Source of the DNA: a virus | Virus record (IMG/VR): IMGVR_UViG_3300045988_074254 | Coordinates: 1-25,388 of that record | DNA: 25,388 nt | Direction: 5' to 3' (one strand) | Shown here: positions 5,302 to 12,934 of the stretch, in pieces | How the letters are laid out: the number at the start of each line of letters is the position of its first letter | Numbering within the stretch: position 1 is the first letter of the stretch | Notes under the pieces: generated by a model | Told to the model about the DNA's origin: nothing | Database searches by the model: none | Seen by the model: only the letters and a program-made list of their open reading frames with translations | Program-made: the position numbers and the translations under genes

Positions 5302-6195
5302 CTAATAAATTTCTGCGTCTACACTTATTGTTGTATCGTTTAAATCTACACCAATTGCAGTATTGTTTAATGAGGTATCTACAGGATTTGTATATACACG
5401 TAAGTATTGATTATTTGCATAGCCATTGGTTGTGTTAAACGAGATTTGTTTACCTGTTCCGTTAACTCTAAGAAAAGTTTGCTTGTTAGCCCCTGTAAAG
5501 ATTACATTTCGACTATTTCGCATATAAACGCCCCTTGCAAAAGGAATATATATAGCGTTATTAGCTCCATAGCCGGCTAATGAACTCTCTAGAACTACAT
5601 AGAATCTTTGACACTTCAAAATTTCTTCCGCATAATTTGGAGCAATAAATTCCGTAGCTACTTTACCTTGTTCCAATTTAACCCATTTAAGAGTTATGTT
5701 AGTTCCTCGATTCAAAAAGATTGTAAATGCTTTTGTGCTCTTACTTGTATGTACAACATTTAATCCTTGTTTCAATACAACTTGTGAATTATCATCTGCC
5801 ACCATTGTTACCGTTCCGCTTACAGATGTTACATAGCATGATAATGTAGAATCACCTTCCGTCGCATTTTCTAAATATTGTAGAAAAGTTCCGGTATCTG
5901 TGTATTTGTCATTCTTGACTGTAATACCTCCATTAGCGTTTGACGTAACTGTTACATTCCAAATTTTCCAACGGTCTACTGAATAACCTTGTTTTTCGTA
6001 GCTCGTAGCACCTCTTTGATTGATTTTAAAATCCGGATTAATCAATAAATTCGGATTACTGAATTTTTTTCCTAAATAATCAGCTAGTTGCGATAATAAA
6101 CCTTTTTTCAATCCTGCACCATTGTGTACAGGCAATAAGCTATTATCAGTGAAACTAGGTAATGCGTCTAATTCTGTGACTTGTTTTCCTGGCAT
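5302..6195 (-). CDS. Tail fibre or receptor-binding protein (distal)
   Basis: The preferred start is ATG 6195 (MPGKQVTEL...), with AAGGAGG 6 nt upstream and 1 nt after the upstream stop. The motif NLLINPDFKINQRGATSY...YSVDRWK recurs in Firmicute phage fibre tips. The C-terminal half is beta-rich. Confidence 0.6.
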   Translation of the reverse strand: MPGKQVTELDALPSFTDNSLLPVHNGAGLKKGLLSQLADYLGKKFSNPNLLINPDFKINQRGATSYEKQGYSVDRWKIWNVTVTSNANGGITVKNDKYTDTGTFLQYLENATEGDSTLSCYVTSVSGTVTMVADDNSQVVLKQGLNVVHTSKSTKAFTIFLNRGTNITLKWVKLEQGKVATEFIAPNYAEEILKCQRFYVVLESSLAGYGANNAIYIPFARGVYMRNSRNVIFTGANKQTFLRVNGTGKQISFNTTNGYANNQYLRVYTNPVDTSLNNTAIGVDLNDTTISVDAEIY

Positions 6196-6196
6196 G

Positions 6197-6442
6197 TTAT
6201 TCCTCCTTAATTTTATACTTCCAATCCGTTCCGACTTCTCCACTTGCTACTTCGTAAGACCAGTCAGCTAGGATTGTATTTCCTTTTTCATCCACTAATT
6301 CTTGAGCGCTTGTTGCGTTCAAATTTGTAGTAAAGTGGTTATTCATAACCATTTGATTCAATGCATTATGTGATGTGGTTACAGACTTTATTTTCGAGAC
6401 AAGCCACTGAATAGAAGCTTTGTCTTTGAATACGAAAGCCAT
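6197..6442 (-). CDS. Small fibre-associated protein (chimeric N- and C-terminal motifs)
   Basis: 81 aa. Its N-terminus resembles that of 6446-7054, and its C-terminus carries the ILADW.YEV / DWKYK motif also found at the end of 7700-8608. Confidence 0.5.
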   Translation of the reverse strand: MAFVFKDKASIQWLVSKIKSVTTSHNALNQMVMNNHFTTNLNATSAQELVDEKGNTILADWSYEVASGEVGTDWKYKIKEE

Positions 6443-6445
6443 ATG

Positions 6446-7054
6446 CTAACCCCACATTGTGTTTAAATCATTTGTAGTAATCGCAGTTAATTCTGATTTC
6501 TTAACATACGCCGATAAATCAATGTCTGTATTACCAATCTTTTCAAATGTTTTAGTTTCTGAAAGCCAAATATACTCATCATAAATATCTTGAGTTCCAT
6601 GTGAATGTGCAACCAAATAAATAACACCATTTGAACCTGTAGCAGGTAAGCTTGTTACCTTTTCATATCTAATAGATGTGATATTACCGACTGCCGAATT
6701 AATCAACGATTGTACTTGTGATTGCGTTTGATACCCTTTAGCCGTGATAATTGACTCAACGCTCGTTGCCGACTGATATCCACTGTCATTCGTTAATTGC
6801 GATGTCTTTGTCGGTACTGTAACATCTACGGCTTTTGAGCTTGGCGTTAACTTCGTACCATTTACCTTTACCGACTCAATCACGTTCACTTGAGCACCAT
6901 TTGCGATACCACTTAATTTTTGCTTTTCTGCGCTTGTGTAGTCATTTGTCGATAAGCCTTTACCACTTACAACGTCAACTTTTCCACCTAATGCAGATTT
7001 AATCTTACTGATTAAGAGCGTCAATCCACTCTTATCTAAATATTCAATAGCCAT
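6446..7054 (-). CDS. Tail fibre protein
   Basis: 202 aa. Fibre-type motifs are YLDKSGLTLLISKIK, GKGLSTNDYTSAEKQKLSGI and TSQLTNDSGYQS. Confidence 0.65.
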   Translation of the reverse strand: MAIEYLDKSGLTLLISKIKSALGGKVDVVSGKGLSTNDYTSAEKQKLSGIANGAQVNVIESVKVNGTKLTPSSKAVDVTVPTKTSQLTNDSGYQSATSVESIITAKGYQTQSQVQSLINSAVGNITSIRYEKVTSLPATGSNGVIYLVAHSHGTQDIYDEYIWLSETKTFEKIGNTDIDLSAYVKKSELTAITTNDLNTMWG

Positions 7055-7065
7055 TCTTTTTCCTC

Positions 7066-7395
7066 CTATAGACTATTCCATAATTCATCTAGTTCGATTG
7101 TTGATACAGATGTTACAGAACCTTCTGCCATAGCCCCTACATCTTCCGGAGTGTATACCGGTCTTGTTTCTGCTTTTGCCCATTTCGGAACTGTTGGGTC
7201 TATTTCTTCAACTTCACCAATGATTTCATTTCCATTTAATTTAGGTTTGTTTCTGAGCTTGTTATAGTCGGATGTGCCTCCTCCATATTGTTCCTTGACT
7301 TCTAAATTCAAATCATCACTATTTCCATCTACTTCTATATCAATCTGCTCTGAGTCATCCTGAACATCCAACGTAACTTGATTCATTAAAATCAT
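7066..7395 (-). CDS. Tail fibre-associated protein
   Basis: 109 aa. Motifs DYNKLRNKPKLNGNEIIG and VPKWAKAETRPVYTPEDVGA are typical of Firmicute phage fibres. It has an ATGA overlap with the upstream gene. Confidence 0.5.
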   Translation of the reverse strand: MILMNQVTLDVQDDSEQIDIEVDGNSDDLNLEVKEQYGGGTSDYNKLRNKPKLNGNEIIGEVEEIDPTVPKWAKAETRPVYTPEDVGAMAEGSVTSVSTIELDELWNSL

Positions 7396-7691
7396 GTAAT
7401 CACTTCCTTATCAAGGATTCTATGTACTGTAGTTGTAGCTATTGAGCTTGCTATCGCTAACCCATCTTGTGTTATAGCTCTTAATTGTACGTTAACTATC
7501 CCTTTCTTGAATTTAAGTGTTTCTTCTTGTGTTAATGTGATTCTAATTTCATCATCTTCAATTTCAATTTGAGACATATCTTTTCTTAAAAGATGTCCAT
7601 CTTGCTCAAATGTAATGTAAACACTTTTTAATTCACTTAAATCTATATTGTTAACATTTATAACAATTGTCGGTGTTGTTCCTTGTCTCAT
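7392..7691 (-). CDS. Small Ig-like baseplate or fibre module (QG[DT]T type)
   Basis: 99 aa, beta-rich, with N-terminal MRQGTTPTIVINV. Its size and motif match the paralog-like ORF at 8611-8904. Confidence 0.45.
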   Translation of the reverse strand: MRQGTTPTIVINVNNIDLSELKSVYITFEQDGHLLRKDMSQIEIEDDEIRITLTQEETLKFKKGIVNVQLRAITQDGLAIASSIATTTVHRILDKEVIT

Positions 7692-7699
7692 AATCTCAC

Positions 7700-8608
7700 C
7701 TATTCAACTTTATATCGCCAATCTGCTTGCAATATGTTATTTTCTTCATCTATCAGTTCAGAATCTATATCAATTAATAAAGGTGTATAAAAATGGTTAT
7801 CTAATATCATTTCCATAATATTAGAAATCTGTATTCTTATCGCATTTCCAGCTGTTGAATAAATTTTTCCGTCATATCCTATACGAATATCCGTTATTTC
7901 AGTATTGGCATCAGGCAAGCTTCCTGAATCGAATAATTGATCTACTCTAGATTTCAGAACATTTAAATCCTCAAAGCGTATGCCATACTTGGAAATTAAA
8001 TCATTTAATTCTTCAATCCCTGAATCTTTTATATTTGTAATTGTTGTTACACCTGTATCACGTGCTTCTCTTATATCTTTCACTGCTTGATTGCACTTTT
8101 CGGACACTAGTAAAAGCATCATCGCAATCTCATCTCGTTCATTTTGATCTAATGAAGCAGATTTTGAATATATACTTTCAGGAGTAACAACTCTTGATAG
8201 TGTAGTAGCCCATCTTTTTTGAATGTTTCCATCATCATCTACAATAACCGCACTCACCACAAAATAAAGATCACCTTTATTTTTTAATGCGTTATTAGGT
8301 ACGATCCAAGCAAATTCACACGTATCATAGTAAGTAACTTTATCTGTAGTTATACTTGACCCAATAATGTTTTTTGAATCTCGATAATTAACTCGTATTA
8401 AAGCATCTTCCATTTTAAATATTTCTGAAACCGTATTTATAACCCTAAACCGAATATATTTAGAATCTTTATCGTATTGAACACCAAATACGTTTTCAGG
8501 ATCAGGGATATAAATCTCACGAGTACGTGCATCAATAACAAGTGTCTCATTATCTACACCTGCATATGTATCTAAGTCAAAGCTTAAAGTTGCATTTAAT
8601 TTAGCCAT
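7700..8608 (-). CDS. Baseplate or fibre structural protein
   Basis: 302 aa in the baseplate module. It has a central coiled-coil and ends in NNILQADWRYKVE. Confidence 0.45.
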   Translation of the reverse strand: MAKLNATLSFDLDTYAGVDNETLVIDARTREIYIPDPENVFGVQYDKDSKYIRFRVINTVSEIFKMEDALIRVNYRDSKNIIGSSITTDKVTYYDTCEFAWIVPNNALKNKGDLYFVVSAVIVDDDGNIQKRWATTLSRVVTPESIYSKSASLDQNERDEIAMMLLLVSEKCNQAVKDIREARDTGVTTITNIKDSGIEELNDLISKYGIRFEDLNVLKSRVDQLFDSGSLPDANTEITDIRIGYDGKIYSTAGNAIRIQISNIMEMILDNHFYTPLLIDIDSELIDEENNILQADWRYKVE

Positions 8609-8610
8609 TT

Positions 8611-8904
8611 CTACCCTCCTCTTACTATCAATGTACCAGATAACGGTGTATCATGAATACCATTTGCCATTACTCGAATAGCCCAAGAATAAGTTCCAAC
8701 TTCTAAATCATCTGTAGGACACCTGATTTTTAAATCATCTTTAATTTCAACACATTTAACCATTTTAAAATTTTTCATAATAACAAATAAACATTGATCT
8801 TTTTCTCCAGGTATAAATGTGTTTCCACTTTTGAAATTAAAAGATATTTCAGAAATGATAGTATCACCTTGACGAATAAAGATATGATCTCTTTTTATCT
8901 CCAT
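8611..8904 (-). CDS. Small Ig-like baseplate or fibre module (QGDT type)
   Basis: 97 aa, beta-rich, with IFIRQGDTIISEISF near the N-terminus. Confidence 0.45.
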   Translation of the reverse strand: MEIKRDHIFIRQGDTIISEISFNFKSGNTFIPGEKDQCLFVIMKNFKMVKCVEIKDDLKIRCPTDDLEVGTYSWAIRVMANGIHDTPLSGTLIVRGG

Positions 8905-8919
8905 GTATGCTCCTTCCTT

Positions 8920-9957
8920 CTACTTATATAGAATTGCCTTTTTCCATTCCAATCCATCAAAAACAAATAATCTACATAACTGATAATTACTTCTATTCTG
9001 TGTAACTGCTAATGAATAGCCCCGTTTCCATCTTGTTCCATCAAACCTCCACACTTCCATGTGTGTAAACGTTGTATTGAATTTAACGTTCACCCATGAA
9101 GATGTTCTGTCTAATGAATCTGTAACAAGTACTTGAATCGTTCTTTCTGTATTTTTTGGAACAGAATATAGCTTAAATTCTCTAGAATCCACTGTGTTTT
9201 GACTTGATCCATCTTTGTATGTTACTGATTTAACATGTCCATCATCCGATGTATGTACAGTGAATTTCACATCATCTGTATTTCCACTACCTTTGATAAT
9301 TTCAAAATCTACATAAGTTACATATACAGAAGCGTAGTTTTCCAATGTAGTGGCCTTTAATACCGTTTGTGACAATCTATTTCCGCTACAGTCTGCCATA
9401 TAAGATTCTACATGAAATTCATATTCTGTTTTCTGAGTAAGACCAGTAAAAGTATAATTTCCATTTAAATTATTACTTACAAATTGTTCATCCTTATTAG
9501 AATATAAACGTAATGTATATAAGTTATATGGATTCGTTTTCAACTTTCCAAAAATTGAAATGTCATTGTTTCCAACACCTGATATCCATGCATCATATGA
9601 TGGTAAATCAATTAATGGTGTAGTCAATCTTGCTTTCCCCGATAAATTAGGAAAGCCTTGACAACTCGCATCCCATTCAAAATACCGTTGTCTATTGCAG
9701 TACATAGGGTCATTAATTTGTCCTAGATAATACCATCCTGAATCCTGGATATAATTTAAATCCCATCTTGAAATAGTTTTAGAAAGTCCTCCGAGAGTAA
9801 CAACATTGTTTGCTTGGATTTTGAAATTTCCGGTGTATCTAAACCTTACATCCGCTTTAAATCTTAAATTAGGATACGAACCTTCGTATCTCTCGTTGTA
9901 AGATTCAAACGTAAGCATTAAATACGGATTATAGGTTAACGTTGCTAAAACAGTCAT
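8920..9957 (-). CDS. Baseplate protein with fibronectin-type-III-like domain(s)
   Basis: 345 aa. NGNYTFTGLTQKTEYEFHVESY is a classic FN3 F-G strand signature. A second Ig/FN3-like segment follows (FKLYSVPKNTERTIQVLVTDSLDRTS). Confidence 0.5.
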   Translation of the reverse strand: MTVLATLTYNPYLMLTFESYNERYEGSYPNLRFKADVRFRYTGNFKIQANNVVTLGGLSKTISRWDLNYIQDSGWYYLGQINDPMYCNRQRYFEWDASCQGFPNLSGKARLTTPLIDLPSYDAWISGVGNNDISIFGKLKTNPYNLYTLRLYSNKDEQFVSNNLNGNYTFTGLTQKTEYEFHVESYMADCSGNRLSQTVLKATTLENYASVYVTYVDFEIIKGSGNTDDVKFTVHTSDDGHVKSVTYKDGSSQNTVDSREFKLYSVPKNTERTIQVLVTDSLDRTSSWVNVKFNTTFTHMEVWRFDGTRWKRGYSLAVTQNRSNYQLCRLFVFDGLEWKKAILYK

Positions 9958-9960
9958 ACA

Positions 9961-10557
9961 CTATTCCTCGTATTTGATATAGATATCCCCAGCTTTATCA
10001 CCATCTTGTACAGTAGGATCTGTAGTTCCACTACGTACATTTACAGTAAGCTTTAATCGATCATCAAATTGTTTTTGATATCCTTCCAATGTTTTAATAG
10101 TTGTTTGTGCCTTTGCAATCGCATCTAACAGATTTTTAAAATTTTCTGTTGAATCAATACCACTATCTAACGCAAAATTCTTTACAACTTTAATTTTAAA
10201 TGAGAATGAAGTTACAAATGTATTATCTGAACTCAATACGATTTCAGCACTTACAATACCTGATTCTGCTAGAATATTTGCAAACGTTTCTGTGTCAGAA
10301 AATGTAATTTCATATGCATTTGAGTTTTCAAATCGTGATACGCTAGTCGCATCCACACTTATATTTAATCCACTTGGCTTTTCAATCCACAACGTAGCCG
10401 TTAATGATGAGTCAGTTTCTGACGGTTCATCTACAATCACATCATCACTCACAAATACAATAAGTCCTCGTCCTGTATCTCCTTGAAGCATTTCCAACAT
10501 TAAATCAGAATTATCTTTTGTAAGACTCACTGTTAAATGACTATATACAATCGCCAT
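9961..10557 (-). CDS. BppU-N-like baseplate upper protein
   Basis: The preferred start is ATG 10557 (MAIVYSHL...), 1 nt after the Tal stop, with GTGAGG upstream. LQGDTGRGLIVFV resembles the BppU N-terminal Ig-like motif. The C-terminus is coiled-coil. Confidence 0.45.
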   Translation of the reverse strand: MAIVYSHLTVSLTKDNSDLMLEMLQGDTGRGLIVFVSDDVIVDEPSETDSSLTATLWIEKPSGLNISVDATSVSRFENSNAYEITFSDTETFANILAESGIVSAEIVLSSDNTFVTSFSFKIKVVKNFALDSGIDSTENFKNLLDAIAKAQTTIKTLEGYQKQFDDRLKLTVNVRSGTTDPTVQDGDKAGDIYIKYEE

Positions 10558-10558
10558 G

Positions 10559-12148
10559 TTATACCTCACTTTCTAATACAAGATCTAAATCTTCAGGAAG
10601 TTCTTTAATCAAGTTATAGGTCATTTTGTTTAAATAGAATTTTTCCCTTTTACCAAACTCAGTTTCTACATAAATCGAATCATTTATTTTTAACATCTGT
10701 GCATCAGGAACATTAGATGAAAATAGTTCTTCAAATTTAATAGAAGTTTCTGTTTTTGGTTCTTGCAATTCTTTCTTTAAAGATTTTTTTGCTTGTATTC
10801 TAAGATAGTTTCTTAAGTTTGCTTCATTTATAAATACGCCCAATGTTGTTTTCTTTGCTCCTGAATCATCCGCAATCAATTTGATATCGGAATACTCTTT
10901 CACATCAATTCTGTGAATTTCATCCGTATCCCAATTACTAGCCTTAACGATCTCGTTATTCGGTAGAAGTCGTCCATTGTACGCTTTCGGTATAATTCCT
11001 GTTACAACATTTTCCATCGACTTCTTTTTAGTGTATTCAGACATTTCTTTATTACTTATAAAGAAATCATTTGGTTTCAAATTGGAAGCATAGTAATCTG
11101 GATTTCCAAAATAACAGTCATAATTGTTGAACATCGCAACATATCTGTTGTTTTCACATTCAGGCCATCTGTTCATCATGGAATTTTCTTCTGTGCCAAA
11201 CAAACATTGGATCAGATTATATCGAACCCAATATGCCGTTTGTGTGGAATCCACATCTTCAACCATCCATTTACACGCATTTCCAACTTCGGCAGTACCT
11301 CTATCAGCAACAATAACTTTATTTCCATTGCCAATACTCGTTGAACTAGGATAGATGCCATAATATATGTTTCCATATGGTGCAATCTCGTAACTAGAAC
11401 CATTGTTAATGAACCACCATTTCTCAGAATTATCTGATGGACTTTCAGATAGGCTTCCTAACACAACCTTTCCTGAATCCAATTTAAGCCATCTACATGA
11501 ACATAATGATAAAATTCCATATATGTCTCCATATCTATCTGAACCAACTTTTCTCAACATGAAAGTCTGTGCAGATGTCCTGTTTCTTTGATACATCTGT
11601 AATTGTATAGATGCATCTTCACTTGCACTTGGAACATCCAAACAATACCCGCTATTCTGAACATTTCGGAAATAAACGATTTTTTCATCCTCTGCATTAA
11701 CGTTGGCATAATTCGCATATTCCCCATGTCCATAAATTTTATAAGGATAATTCGGTTTAGACTTTGTGATAATATCATTTGCCGTATTTATCGCATCTTG
11801 CCACGTGCCACTCATAGTACGATCATCAAACACAAAGGCTTCTTTTTGAGAATCAAAGAACACATGTGTTGCATAGCATGTATACGTATCACTTTGTTTG
11901 TTGTATTTTGGATACGCAATTCTATATAGCTGTGGTTCTTCAAAATTTATATCCACTTTAAACACGGATTCATCACTGATTTCCATACCCATCAAATCAC
12001 TTTTTGGGAATTCTATTTCTACGCACCAAATAGAATTTCTTTCAAATACTGCTTTTGCACTAACACAATGTCGTAAAATCACATCTCCATTGCGTTCTTT
12101 CATTTGTGCAAATGTTGTTTTTTTTCTAGAAAAGAATAAATGAATCAT
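10559..12148 (-). CDS. Tail-associated protein Tal (prophage-tail type) with an inserted ricin-type beta-trefoil lectin-like domain
   Basis: 529 aa, directly after Dit. About aa 157-299 show three repeats with CLDV / Q-x-F, EKWWF and CKWMV signatures, resembling a (QxW)3 trefoil. Confidence 0.6.
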   Translation of the reverse strand: MIHLFFSRKKTTFAQMKERNGDVILRHCVSAKAVFERNSIWCVEIEFPKSDLMGMEISDESVFKVDINFEEPQLYRIAYPKYNKQSDTYTCYATHVFFDSQKEAFVFDDRTMSGTWQDAINTANDIITKSKPNYPYKIYGHGEYANYANVNAEDEKIVYFRNVQNSGYCLDVPSASEDASIQLQMYQRNRTSAQTFMLRKVGSDRYGDIYGILSLCSCRWLKLDSGKVVLGSLSESPSDNSEKWWFINNGSSYEIAPYGNIYYGIYPSSTSIGNGNKVIVADRGTAEVGNACKWMVEDVDSTQTAYWVRYNLIQCLFGTEENSMMNRWPECENNRYVAMFNNYDCYFGNPDYYASNLKPNDFFISNKEMSEYTKKKSMENVVTGIIPKAYNGRLLPNNEIVKASNWDTDEIHRIDVKEYSDIKLIADDSGAKKTTLGVFINEANLRNYLRIQAKKSLKKELQEPKTETSIKFEELFSSNVPDAQMLKINDSIYVETEFGKREKFYLNKMTYNLIKELPEDLDLVLESEV

Positions 12149-12150
12149 CT

Positions 12151-12933
12151 TTATTTCTCCCTATAATTACGTATAATTTCTGCACGAATAGCACCAATAT
12201 CTGTTGTGATCAATACATTATTTGAACCATAATTAAACTTAAGCCCATCAAACGAACCACTTGTTTTCAATGTGTCATATTTATACGTTCCATTTTTATA
12301 GTATGTTTTCATATAAGAATTTTCCGTATTGATTTCAACATAAGAAATATCCGATGTACCATTGAAAGGATTTGTGATCGTAAAATTATTTCCATTACAA
12401 TTGATCGTAATGTTTTTTGCGTTCATGGAAGTGTTATATAAACGATAGATTGGATATGCTGTTTCATAATAATTCGCAAGTTCTACCTTTTTACCACTTA
12501 CAATATCGTATGGTCTTGAATACTTATTTACGTATCTGTAAGGTTCACAAATAAATGTGATTGTAAATTCACTCGCTCGTCCAAAGTCTCTTGAATCCAT
12601 ATCGAACGTTACATTTTTTACCTTCCAATAATGTTCTCTATCATCACTAGTTAACTCCAATATTCCTTTATTTCCATTGAAATATTGTTGGATTTTATAA
12701 ATACGATCTAGATATTCTTTTTTGCTATTTAAAACAAAGTTGCATTTAATAGGAATTTTGCGATCTTGATATACACCTGTATGACGATACGATGTAGTAC
12801 CATCACCAAGTGTAGATGTTTCTACAATTTCCTCCGCCATAGGAATAACGGGGCGCTCACTTACCTTTAATAAATACATAATATTTTGTGTATAACGCAG
12901 TTTATTTTCAGGTGTAAATCTAAAATGATACAT
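12151..12933 (-). CDS. Distal tail protein (Dit, siphovirus tail family)
   Basis: It lies between TMP and Tal. The preferred start is ATG 12933 (MYHFRF...), with GGAGGT 7 nt upstream. The ATG at 12948 in the ORF track lies inside that SD and overlaps the TMP. Confidence 0.65.
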   Translation of the reverse strand: MYHFRFTPENKLRYTQNIMYLLKVSERPVIPMAEEIVETSTLGDGTTSYRHTGVYQDRKIPIKCNFVLNSKKEYLDRIYKIQQYFNGNKGILELTSDDREHYWKVKNVTFDMDSRDFGRASEFTITFICEPYRYVNKYSRPYDIVSGKKVELANYYETAYPIYRLYNTSMNAKNITINCNGNNFTITNPFNGTSDISYVEINTENSYMKTYYKNGTYKYDTLKTSGSFDGLKFNYGSNNVLITTDIGAIRAEIIRNYREK

Positions 12934-12934
12934 T

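Noticed and set aside
6196-6243. 16-codon N-terminal extension of the receptor-binding fibre ORF (start at 6243)
   Set aside because: It overlaps the upstream gene by 47 nt and lacks an SD. The internal ATG at 6195 has AAGGAGG at ideal spacing and abuts the upstream stop.
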